Part shown: in pieces, positions 10,489-18,924 of the stretch
Numbering within the stretch: position 1 is the stretch's first letter
Layout: every line of letters begins with the position of its first letter
NCBI GenBank assembly: GCA_016212475.1
Contig: JACRGC010000009.1
Coordinates: forward strand, 226,556-290,555
DNA from: Candidatus Micrarchaeota archaeon
GTDB taxonomy: Archaea; Micrarchaeota; Micrarchaeia; Norongarragalinales; SBBD01
Direction of reading: 5' to 3'
DNA length: 64,000 nucleotides
Made by a program: the position numbers and the translations under genes
The notes under the pieces: generated by a model
The model's database searches: none
Seen by the model: the letters and a program-made list of their open reading frames with translations, nothing else
Told to the model about the DNA's origin: nothing

Positions 10489-10710
10489 TCATTGAACAAT
10501 GTCGCATCTTCCATCTATTTCCTTTTTCATTTTTTTCCAATGCGATACCGGCAGGTTCATATTTGCAATTTCTTCAATAATTGATTTGGTTGACTCTAAA
10601 GGCGATCCTCGTATGCGCTGTTTTCCCATTTCTTTCCCGTTTTCTTTAGCAATTGGTGCAAACTCTCCTTTTTCTATTTTTCTAATTTGCTGTTTCATAT
10701 CTCCTCTCAA
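10489..10710 (-). CDS. Small hypothetical protein (73 aa), charged
   Basis: ORF only; divergent from adjacent two-gene module; competing + strand ORF looks non-coding. Confidence 0.25.
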   Translation of the reverse strand: MRGDMKQQIRKIEKGEFAPIAKENGKEMGKQRIRGSPLESTKSIIEEIANMNLPVSHWKKMKKEIDGRCDIVQ

Positions 10711-10898
10711 ATGGTAAGCGATTCCAAATTATTAAAACTGCTGGTTTTTGCTTTTGATCAACAACTTTTCTGTGCATCTAACTCCTGTTCACCCGAAATC
10801 ACCCCCCAAGAGGCATATAATCCCCAATATTCGAAAATCATCCGCATAGCAAGGCATAAATATGTGTATTCACAATACCCCTATGCAGCTGGGCTGCA

Positions 10899-11186
10899 AT
10901 GAAAAGCAAATTGATTTTGGACAGATCGTATCGCATATCTGAAAATGAAATTTTAGATGTATATTATTTGGAAGTGGAAAGGGATAGCTTTTATCCGGAA
11001 GGGATGAAATATGCCATCAACTATCGCATTTTCAGGAATGGAAAATGGCATGTGATTGTCAGAATTGACAACAAGGAACGGCAAGGCCACCACATCCATT
11101 TCAAAGGCAATGTGGAAAAATTCAATTTCACTTCATTTGAGGATGCAAAAAACAAGGTTTTGAAACTTGGGGATGAATTAAAATGA
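10899..11186 (+). CDS. Small conserved hypothetical protein (HHIHF motif), putative toxin-like partner of a two-gene module
   Basis: 95 aa, GKWHVIVRIDNKERQGHHIHFKG motif; 4-bp ATGA overlap with downstream HTH gene. Confidence 0.5.
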   Translation: MKSKLILDRSYRISENEILDVYYLEVERDSFYPEGMKYAINYRIFRNGKWHVIVRIDNKERQGHHIHFKGNVEKFNFTSFEDAKNKVLKLGDELK

Positions 11187-11575
11187 AAATAGAAATCAAG
11201 GAAGTTCAGATTGAAATAAAGTCTTTAGATGACTTTGCAAGGGATGTTGACAAAACCATTAATGCTATAAAGGCCGGTTTGCACCCAAAATACGACGGGA
11301 AAAAACTGGTTTTCCCAAATCTTGATGTTCTAAGGAAGGTTTTGACGCCCGAAAGGATCCGGATGCTCCAAGTAATCCGTGCAAACAACCCCTCCTCCAT
11401 CTACGAGCTTGCAAAATTGATGAAAAAAGATAGGCGAAATGTCCTGAAGGATTTGCGCTATTTGGAAGGAACCGGATTAATTCATGTAAAAAAGGACGCC
11501 AAGCCAAAATCCCAAAGAAGAAACCTAGTTCCTACAGTTAATTTTTCAAGGATCGTTGTTGGGATACCGATTTGA
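11183..11575 (+). CDS. Winged-helix/HTH DNA-binding protein, putative antitoxin/regulator
   Basis: 130 aa; IRMLQVIRANNPSSIYELAKLMKKDRRNVLKDLRYLEGTGLI is a winged-HTH signature. Confidence 0.5.
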   Translation: MKIEIKEVQIEIKSLDDFARDVDKTINAIKAGLHPKYDGKKLVFPNLDVLRKVLTPERIRMLQVIRANNPSSIYELAKLMKKDRRNVLKDLRYLEGTGLIHVKKDAKPKSQRRNLVPTVNFSRIVVGIPI

Positions 11576-11588
11576 AAAAAATAAACTC

Positions 11589-12260
11589 CTAAGCTAAGCA
11601 GGCTTTATCGCAATCATCCGATGCCTTTTGTTCCGTTGATGCAAATGCAATGCAGTATTTTGCTCCATTATTCCTGCTTAAATCCCCGCAAACTGCCGAA
11701 TATAATTCAATTTTTTGATTAATTTGCAAACTTTGTGAATTTTCATTTATCTCGAGTGCTTTTCCAGACCCACAAATGGTTGCATCTTCGCAGACGAACT
11801 TTACTTCATCTTCTAATATCGGAATGGTCCTAATTAACGCTTTAATGAAAATGGTTGATTTTTCGAAAGTTAATTTCCTTGGCACTTCAATTCCATATCC
11901 TTTGGTTTGCACTTTTTTCAAATCCTGACTAATGTAATAAGAAGGATTGATTTTTTCCCCGCAATCGCCATAAGTGCAGCCCAAGGGTAGAAAAATAAAA
12001 ATTATTTCGATAATGAAAAGTATCCCAAATATTGCCAATCCGTATTTCAAATATTTTTTTATTGTTTCGTTTAGAACATTAGTGGCAATTAGGGCAATCC
12101 CAATCGCCATTGAAATCAAAAAAAGAGGGAAAATTATTGCATCAATTCTAAATAAAAAAGTCGGGAGAATTAAACCGCCGATGAAAAATGTAATCCAATA
12201 AGAAATTCCAATGATTCCAATTATTGCAAGGATATTGATGATAATTTCCTTAATTCCCAT
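11589..12260 (-). CDS. Membrane protein with Cys-rich extracytoplasmic C-terminal domain
   Basis: 3-4 N-terminal TM helices, then CTYGDCGEK...CEDATICGSG...CDKAC. Confidence 0.45.
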   Translation of the reverse strand: MGIKEIIINILAIIGIIGISYWITFFIGGLILPTFLFRIDAIIFPLFLISMAIGIALIATNVLNETIKKYLKYGLAIFGILFIIEIIFIFLPLGCTYGDCGEKINPSYYISQDLKKVQTKGYGIEVPRKLTFEKSTIFIKALIRTIPILEDEVKFVCEDATICGSGKALEINENSQSLQINQKIELYSAVCGDLSRNNGAKYCIAFASTEQKASDDCDKACLA

Positions 12261-12264
12261 CTTC

Positions 12265-13539
12265 TCACATCATGCTCTCAAGGTTTATGCTCTCCTCTAT
12301 TTTCTCTTCAGAAATGAGGTTTGCCGAGCTGGTTTGGCTATTTGCAGCCTGCCCATCCTCCTTCATTCCGGCAAGCACGGCAAGCACACGCACTTCTCCT
12401 CCGGAAAGAGTCTTGTCAATAGTTGCCCCCCAGATGATGTGCGCATCCTTTGAAATTTTTGAACTGATCGCATTAACCGCAGCTTCCGCTTCCCCAAGTG
12501 TCAAATCCTCCCCTCCCATGATGTTAATCAGCGCCTTGTTTGCCTGAGAAACATTCACATCAATTAAAGGCGATTTGAGCGATTTTTCAGCAGCCGAAAC
12601 AACTCTGTTCTTATCCCTAACATTAGCAGTTTCCCCTAAACCAATGATTGCAATGCCTGAATTTTCAATTATCGTTCTAACATCTGCAAAATCCAAATTC
12701 ACAAGGCCCGGGCGCGTAATTAGTTCCGTAATTCCTTTAACCGCATTTGCCAATACCAAATCAGCTGCTTTGAATGCAGAGTTAATCGGCAGATCCGGCA
12801 CGTAAAATAGCAACTTGTCATTTGGAATTGCAATTGTAGTATCCGCAACCGCCCTGAGTTTTTTCAATCCTTCCATTGCATTATCCATTCTTTTGGTTCC
12901 TTCGGAGGTAAATGGCATTGTCACAATTCCAATTACAAGCGCGCCATTATCCTTTGCAGCTTTAGCAATTACGTGCGCCGAACCGGTTCCGGTTCCCCCT
13001 CCCATTCCGCATGTTACAAATACCAAGCTGGCATCTTTCAAAAGCAAATTGATTTCAGATGCGCTCTCCTGCGCAGAAGCTTCCCCAACATTTGGGTTGC
13101 TCCCAGCCCCAAGCCCCCTTGTTTTTTTCTTTCCCAAAAGCACTTTCTTTGGGGATTTGATTTTCAAAAGATGCTGGGCGTCGGTATTCATGGCAATAAT
13201 ATTAGCTCCAAATATCCCAATATCGTGCATCCGGTTGACCGTGTTGCATCCGGATCCGCCGGTCCCAACCACATAAATTTTTGGAACCCCTTCCTCGATG
13301 AATTTTTTAAGCTCCAAATCATCAGCTGAAAGCTCGGTTTCTTCTTCTGGTTGCGCTTCGGCTTCCAGTTCGGCTTTATCTTCTACTTCGACTGCCTCAA
13401 CTTTTTCTTCCATGCTCCTAAGCCGCTTCTCATTCTCATCTTTTATGATCTCTGCATGCTCCGCAGCTGGTTCTTCCTGCTCTTCGAAATCTCCCTTCAA
13501 AAATTCGATGTTTTCCTTGATCTTATCCATTATTTCCAT
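12265..13539 (-). CDS. ftsZ: Cell division protein FtsZ with ~75-aa acidic N-terminal extension
   Basis: Tubulin/FtsZ GTP-binding signature GGGTGTG, KIYVVGTGGSGCN, NTDAQHL; N-terminus extremely Glu/Asp-rich. Confidence 0.9.
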   Translation of the reverse strand: MEIMDKIKENIEFLKGDFEEQEEPAAEHAEIIKDENEKRLRSMEEKVEAVEVEDKAELEAEAQPEEETELSADDLELKKFIEEGVPKIYVVGTGGSGCNTVNRMHDIGIFGANIIAMNTDAQHLLKIKSPKKVLLGKKKTRGLGAGSNPNVGEASAQESASEINLLLKDASLVFVTCGMGGGTGTGSAHVIAKAAKDNGALVIGIVTMPFTSEGTKRMDNAMEGLKKLRAVADTTIAIPNDKLLFYVPDLPINSAFKAADLVLANAVKGITELITRPGLVNLDFADVRTIIENSGIAIIGLGETANVRDKNRVVSAAEKSLKSPLIDVNVSQANKALINIMGGEDLTLGEAEAAVNAISSKISKDAHIIWGATIDKTLSGGEVRVLAVLAGMKEDGQAANSQTSSANLISEEKIEESINLESMM

Positions 13540-13545
13540 AGTTCA

Positions 13546-13776
13546 TCACGCAGGCGAATGGGATTCCAATTTTTCCTCATCTGAAATAAGCTTATACGCA
13601 TACGCAATTATTCCAAGATCAATTGCAACAAACCCCCAAGCGAACATCCCAAGGGGCAATCCAAACAAGACTCCGCCGTAAAATCCCGAGATTGCAAGAA
13701 GTGCGATCAACAGGAAGGCAACAATTAGCAAAACAAAATTATTGTAAAGCTTCCTTCGTTTTTCAGAATGTTCCAT
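13546..13776 (-). CDS. Small membrane protein (2 TM)
   Basis: 76 aa, two hydrophobic helices; immediately upstream of ftsZ. Confidence 0.4.
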   Translation of the reverse strand: MEHSEKRRKLYNNFVLLIVAFLLIALLAISGFYGGVLFGLPLGMFAWGFVAIDLGIIAYAYKLISDEEKLESHSPA

Positions 13777-13887
13777 AAATTATTGCCTTGGATGAAAAAT
13801 CAAGCAAGCATTGCTTGCAATTGCGGAATATTACCTAGCAAACGCAAATTTAAATAGCTACTCTTCGCAATTCCCTTAAGTGGTTCA

Positions 13888-14292
13888 ATGGAATTTAGGA
13901 AAGAGAATCAAAGCTTTGTAATACGGCTAGAAAAAGGCGAAAAAGTGATGGAAACGCTAAGTTCCTTCCTTTCAGAAAAGCAAATAGTTGGCGGCAAAAT
14001 CCAAGGGATTGGAGGCATCAAAAACGTAGAACTTGGCTTTTTCCATGCAGGCAAAAAGGATTATGAGTGGAAAACATTCAAGGAAGATGTTGAGCTGATC
14101 TCCTTCCTTGGCACAATTTCGCAAACCGGGCTTCATGCCCATGTCGTTGTTTCGGATGACAAATTCAACGCATTTGGGGGGCATTTAAAGGAGGCAACCG
14201 TTTCAGTAACCGTTGAGCTTTTCCTAACTGAAATGAAAAAAATCAGGAGAAAAGATGCGCCCGAATTCAACTTAAAATTCATGGAGCTTTAA
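13888..14292 (+). CDS. PPC/DUF296-domain protein
   Basis: 134 aa; FVIRLEKGEKVMETLSSF..HAHVVVSD..G.L pattern of the PCC (DUF296) fold. Confidence 0.55.
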   Translation: MEFRKENQSFVIRLEKGEKVMETLSSFLSEKQIVGGKIQGIGGIKNVELGFFHAGKKDYEWKTFKEDVELISFLGTISQTGLHAHVVVSDDKFNAFGGHLKEATVSVTVELFLTEMKKIRRKDAPEFNLKFMEL

Positions 14293-14310
14293 CTTTATTC
14301 GAGGATTCTT

Positions 14311-14946
14311 ATGTTCGATCAATTCGTATCATTTATCCAGCAATTGTATGATCTGCCCAATCTAATCAGGGTTGGGGGGTATGTTGCGCTTGTAGCGATA
14401 ATCTTTGCAGAAACCGGCCTTATGTTTGGCTTTTTCCTGCCCGGAGATTCCCTTCTTGTAACCGCAGGGGTGTTTGCCGCAACTGGCCTACTTGATATCT
14501 GGACGCTAAATTTCCTGCTTGTTCCGGCGGCAATAATTGGGGACGCCTTTGGCTATTATTTTGGGAAAAGGGTTGGCAGGAAATTATACGAGAGGAAAAA
14601 TTCAAGGTTCTTCAAAAAGGAGCATCTGGTTGCTGCCAAGGCATTTTATGACAAGCACGGCGGCAAAACCATAATTTTAGCAAGATTTTTGCCCGCAGTT
14701 AGGACCTTTGCCCCAATTGTTGCCGGGATGTCTGGCATGAAATACAAGGATTTTGCGGTTTTCAATGTTGTTGGCGCCATTCTTTGGGTAACCGGACTCA
14801 CCTTGCTTGGCTACTTCCTTGGAAAAACCATTCCCGACATCGAAAAGAACATAATTTTTGTGATACTTGCCGTAATCCTTGTTTCATTTTTGCCGGCAGT
14901 AAATGAACTATTCCTGCAAAAGAAAAAAAACAATGATAAAAAATAG
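14311..14946 (+). CDS. DedA/VTT (SNARE-associated) family membrane protein
   Basis: FFLPGDSLLVTAGVFAATG motif, 4-5 TM helices. Confidence 0.8.
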   Translation: MFDQFVSFIQQLYDLPNLIRVGGYVALVAIIFAETGLMFGFFLPGDSLLVTAGVFAATGLLDIWTLNFLLVPAAIIGDAFGYYFGKRVGRKLYERKNSRFFKKEHLVAAKAFYDKHGGKTIILARFLPAVRTFAPIVAGMSGMKYKDFAVFNVVGAILWVTGLTLLGYFLGKTIPDIEKNIIFVILAVILVSFLPAVNELFLQKKKNNDKK

Positions 14947-15036
14947 GCGCTTCGAAAAATCCCCCAATAATTTAAAAAAACCAGCAAAGAAAGCCATTTA
15001 ACCTAAGGATCCCAAATCAAATAAAAGTTGAAAACC

Positions 15037-17454
15037 ATGGATAAGCCAAATTTCCCGGAGATTGAAAAGAAATGGAGGAAATACTGGGAAGATCATGGCA
15101 TTTCAAAATTCGAAGACGATGGCAAAAAGCCCCTATATGTTCTGGATACCCCTCCGCCATTTCCAACCGGAGAATTCCACACCGGAAGCACGCTTAATTG
15201 GGGCTACATTGATTTTGCCGCAAGGTACAAAAGAATGACCGGGCATGCGGTTTTATTCCCTCAAGGATGGGATTGCCATGGCTTCCCAACCGAAACCAAA
15301 GTGGAGGCAAAATTTGGCAAGCTTCCAAGGGATGAATTTAGGCAAAAATGCCTTGAGTGGACGCATTCGATGGTAAGTTCAATAAAAGAGCAGATGAAGC
15401 AGATGGGTTTTTCCATAGATTGGGCGCACGAATACTACACAATTGATAAGGAGTACCATCGTAAAGTTCAACTTTCACTTCTTGAAATGCACCAAAAGGA
15501 CATGATTTATAGGGGAAAGCACCCCGTGCTATTTTGCACAAACTGCGAAAGCGCAATTGCAAAGGCCGAAACGGATGATGTTGCCCGTGAAGGACAGCTT
15601 AATTTCATAAAATTTGGTTTTGAAAAAGGAAAAACGCTTACTATTGCAACATCGCGGCCCGAGCTTTTGCATGCCTGCGTTGGACTAGCATTCAACCCCC
15701 AGGATGATCGCTACAAAACACTTGAGGGGAAAATGGCATTCAGCCCAATTTTTAACAAACCCGTTCGAATAGTTGCGGATGCATCAGTTGACCAAAGCTT
15801 TGGCACTGGAATGGTCATGATTTGCACATTTGGTGATAGGCAAGATGTTGTTTGGATGTACAAATTCCAGCTTCCCCTAATCGGGGCATTTGATGAATTG
15901 GGAAGAGTGATCAATGCAAATGAAACTTACAATGGCCTATATGCCAGCAAGGCGCGCGCAAAAATAATTGAGGATTTGAAATCGCAGAATTTGCTTGAAA
16001 AGCAGGAAAAAATCCAGCAAACCCTAAAGGTCCATGATCGATGCAAAAAGCCAATCGAACTGATGTCTTCCAATCAATGGTTCATTAAACTTAAGGGGCA
16101 TAAGGAAGAGATAATATCGGCTGCAAACCAGATGGAATGGTTCCCCGAACATATGCTCCAGCTCCTTAAGGATTGGGCTAGCGGCCTTGAGTGGGACTGG
16201 GTAATTTCAAGGCAAAGGGTATTTGGAATCCCCCTTCCGTTCTACTATTGCAATAACTGCAATGAAGCTTACCTTCCTTTGGAAAAAGACCTTCCAATTG
16301 ACCCTGCAAAACACCCCTACCACCTATCAAAATGCAAAAAATGCGGAGGGGAAATACGCGGCGAAACAAGCATTTGCGATGGCTGGGTTGATAGCTCCAT
16401 AACCCCGCTTATCATTTCCAAGTGGAAGGATGATGAAAAAACCTTCAACCGCCTTTATTCCAACATTGTTCGCCCGCAAGGCACAGACATCATCCGCACA
16501 TGGGCATTTTATTCGATATTCAGATGCCTGATGCTTACCGGCAAACCTCCATTCAAACAACTTTTGATAAATGGGATGGTGCTTGGCTCTGATGGCAAAA
16601 AAATGAGCAAGAGCGCTGGCAATTACATTGAAGCAAAAGAAGTGATTGCAAAATCTTCCGTTGATGCCCTTCGTCAATGGATTGCCCTATCAGGAACCAC
16701 CGGCAAAGACAACATTTTCTACTGGAAGGATGTCAATTATTCCCAAACCTTCCTAACAAAGCTTTGGAATGTTGGCAACTTTGTTGAAAAATCACTTGAG
16801 GGCTATTTGCCAAAAGAATTTGCAAAGCACAAACCCCATTTGCGATTAACCGACCAATGGATACTTGGCAGATTGAATGAAACCATCGCGCTAACTGAAA
16901 AAGCAATGGAATCCTACAACTATTATGAGGCAATTGTTGCAGTCCAATCGTTCTTTTGGAAGGAATTTGCAGACCTTTATTTGGAGGATGTGAAATACCG
17001 GATTTATCAGGAAGATGCATTTGGCAAGGAAAGCAAGGAAGCTGCGCAATTTGTTTTGCGGGAAGTTTTGCTAAAATCCCTTCAAATGCTTTCGCCATTC
17101 ATAGTCTACACAACTGAAGAGCTATTCCATAATTTATTCAAGGAAGAGGCTGCAAAGCACAAATCTATCCACAAAACGGATTTCCCAAAATCAGATAAGG
17201 GAATGAAATTGGACGAACAAACCTTGAAGGCATCAAACCTATTCCATGCATTAATTTCAGATATCCGAAAATACAAGGCGTCAAACCAGCTCTCATTAAA
17301 CACCGAGCTTTCCCGCATAAGAATTTCCCTTCCAGAAAACATGGAAATGCAAATTGGAAGGTTTGAAGAGGATATCAAGGCGGTTTGCAAAGCAAAGCAA
17401 TTGGAGTTCAATTTCACAAAAGAAGAAATTCCAAAAGTTGAGTGCTTCGTGTAA
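15037..17454 (+). CDS. valS: Class Ia aminoacyl-tRNA synthetase, most likely valyl-tRNA synthetase (IleRS-like motifs also present)
   Basis: HIGH-region PTGEFHTGS, GWDCHGFPTE, KMSKS (GKKMSKSAGNY), CP1 editing insertion with Zn knuckles (CTNCES.., CNNCNE..CKKCGG); length ~805 aa fits archaeal ValRS better than IleRS/LeuRS; ORF track start is TTG at 15028, ATG at 15037 preferred. Confidence 0.6.
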   Translation: MDKPNFPEIEKKWRKYWEDHGISKFEDDGKKPLYVLDTPPPFPTGEFHTGSTLNWGYIDFAARYKRMTGHAVLFPQGWDCHGFPTETKVEAKFGKLPRDEFRQKCLEWTHSMVSSIKEQMKQMGFSIDWAHEYYTIDKEYHRKVQLSLLEMHQKDMIYRGKHPVLFCTNCESAIAKAETDDVAREGQLNFIKFGFEKGKTLTIATSRPELLHACVGLAFNPQDDRYKTLEGKMAFSPIFNKPVRIVADASVDQSFGTGMVMICTFGDRQDVVWMYKFQLPLIGAFDELGRVINANETYNGLYASKARAKIIEDLKSQNLLEKQEKIQQTLKVHDRCKKPIELMSSNQWFIKLKGHKEEIISAANQMEWFPEHMLQLLKDWASGLEWDWVISRQRVFGIPLPFYYCNNCNEAYLPLEKDLPIDPAKHPYHLSKCKKCGGEIRGETSICDGWVDSSITPLIISKWKDDEKTFNRLYSNIVRPQGTDIIRTWAFYSIFRCLMLTGKPPFKQLLINGMVLGSDGKKMSKSAGNYIEAKEVIAKSSVDALRQWIALSGTTGKDNIFYWKDVNYSQTFLTKLWNVGNFVEKSLEGYLPKEFAKHKPHLRLTDQWILGRLNETIALTEKAMESYNYYEAIVAVQSFFWKEFADLYLEDVKYRIYQEDAFGKESKEAAQFVLREVLLKSLQMLSPFIVYTTEELFHNLFKEEAAKHKSIHKTDFPKSDKGMKLDEQTLKASNLFHALISDIRKYKASNQLSLNTELSRIRISLPENMEMQIGRFEEDIKAVCKAKQLEFNFTKEEIPKVECFV

Positions 17455-17541
17455 GGGGGGGTTTAGGGCTATTTTTCGTTAAATTAGAGCTAAAACCACT
17501 TGCTTTCAAAATCAGCCTCAATTCATAAATCTAATTCTTCC

Positions 17542-18909
17542 CTATTCGACCAGATCGATTTCTCCCTTGACTTTTCCCTTGCTTTTGGATTTTTCGGTTT
17601 TTCCTTCCGGTTTTTCACTTTCCTCCTCTTCTGTTTTTTGCTCCTTTTCTTCCATTTCCCTTCTATGGTGGATTTTCATCCTCTCCATGTTTGCGAATTT
17701 GATGTATGATAGGACTGCCCCTGTAACAACTAAAATTATTGCCGCAATCAATGTCCAGTTCAGCCCCCTAGGCCCTGCAATTTGAAGTTCCGGAGCCAGG
17801 GTTGCAGATGCATCCTTAAGTGCCTGCGCAATGATTTCCCGTGCCCGTTTTGCGGAATTAAGAGATTGCTGGTAATTGCCCGCAGTTTGCTGTGCTTTTG
17901 CAGTTTCCAATTGCTTTTCAGCTTGCGCAGTTTCAAGCGATTTTGATTTTGCATCCGCAATTTCCTTTTCCGCAGCTGCTATTTGGGAAATTGCCTCTTC
18001 CTTGTATGGAATTGGGGTTGGGGAAGGCGCATCCGTTATCACTTTAGGCCCGGTTTTTGGAGTTGGGGTTTGAATGGCTGCCAAGGTCGGGGTTGTTTGC
18101 GGAGGGATATATTGTGTAGCGGGCGGAGAGGGGGCGGTGTTTTGCGTATTCGTGTTTCCGGTTTGCCCCGATGTTGTAGTTGAGGGGGTAGCTGTTGGCG
18201 TAGTCGTTGAAGAAACTGCTGTTACAGTTAGGGAATTTGTGGTTGTGGATGTGCCGGCATCCGCGGATACAACTGTTGTTGTAATTGAATATGTTGCGGC
18301 AGTTGATGAGGAAACCGTAAAAGTTTTGGTTACAAGAGAACTTCCTTCGACGCTAATTCCGGTATAGCTGGTTGGCGAAAAGCTAACTCCCGAAATTGAT
18401 GGGGTAATACTAACTGTTGTTGAAACATCGCCTGCATTGTTGACAACTATGCTTAAAGTGGTCGATCCCGAAGTTGAAATCGATGAAGCCGCCAAAGAGC
18501 CCGAAATGACAATTGATGCAGGTGATAGTACTGATAGTCCCGTTTGCTCCGAATCCAAAACCGTGCTGCTATCCGAAGTTGATGTTCCTGACACGGAAAC
18601 TGTGATTTGGGTTGAATAGCTTCCTGCTACATCGCCGCTGCAGCTCCAGCTTGCACTTCCTGTTCCGGAAGTTGTGTTGTCAAGTGAAATTGATTGCGAA
18701 GATGTTGGCGTGCAGCTAAGGCCGGATGGAAGCGAAATTGTTGCTGTAACATCTTGTATCGAATCGCCATTAACATATGCTGTAATTGTAAATGTGCCTC
18801 CCTGAGTTACCGAAGTTGGGATTGTCACACTGGTAATTGAAAGCTCAGCTGCCTGCGCAAAGTTCAAAAGCGCCAAAAACAATGCAATTGCCAAAATTCC
18901 TCTGTTCAT
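17542..18909 (-). CDS. Secreted Ser/Thr-rich surface protein with C-terminal TM anchor and charged cytoplasmic tail
   Basis: Signal peptide MNRGILAIALFLALLNFAQA; long low-complexity T/S/P stalk (TTTPTATPSTTTSG...); C-terminal LIAAIILVVTGAVLSYI + KEK-rich tail. Confidence 0.6.
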   Translation of the reverse strand: MNRGILAIALFLALLNFAQAAELSITSVTIPTSVTQGGTFTITAYVNGDSIQDVTATISLPSGLSCTPTSSQSISLDNTTSGTGSASWSCSGDVAGSYSTQITVSVSGTSTSDSSTVLDSEQTGLSVLSPASIVISGSLAASSISTSGSTTLSIVVNNAGDVSTTVSITPSISGVSFSPTSYTGISVEGSSLVTKTFTVSSSTAATYSITTTVVSADAGTSTTTNSLTVTAVSSTTTPTATPSTTTSGQTGNTNTQNTAPSPPATQYIPPQTTPTLAAIQTPTPKTGPKVITDAPSPTPIPYKEEAISQIAAAEKEIADAKSKSLETAQAEKQLETAKAQQTAGNYQQSLNSAKRAREIIAQALKDASATLAPELQIAGPRGLNWTLIAAIILVVTGAVLSYIKFANMERMKIHHRREMEEKEQKTEEEESEKPEGKTEKSKSKGKVKGEIDLVE

Positions 18910-18924
18910 TTTGATTACCTAATT

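Noticed and set aside
12272-13681. Plus-strand ORFs overlapping ftsZ (e.g. 12815..13276, 13298..13681)
   Set aside because: Antisense of a gene with an unmistakable FtsZ signature. The Ser/Ala-rich translations are artefacts of the acidic-codon antisense.
13808-13822. Perfect palindrome GCAAGCATTGCTTGC in the divergent spacer between the small membrane gene and the DUF296 gene
   Set aside because: A single 15-nt inverted repeat. Could be an operator, but there is no further evidence. Too weak to call a regulatory feature.
15037-17454. Assignment as IleRS or LeuRS rather than ValRS
   Set aside because: GWDCHG is IleRS-like. But the ~805-aa length, ARYKRM..GFPTE block and WVDSS region fit archaeal ValRS better. 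Kept as a probable valS with reduced confidence rather than rejected outright.
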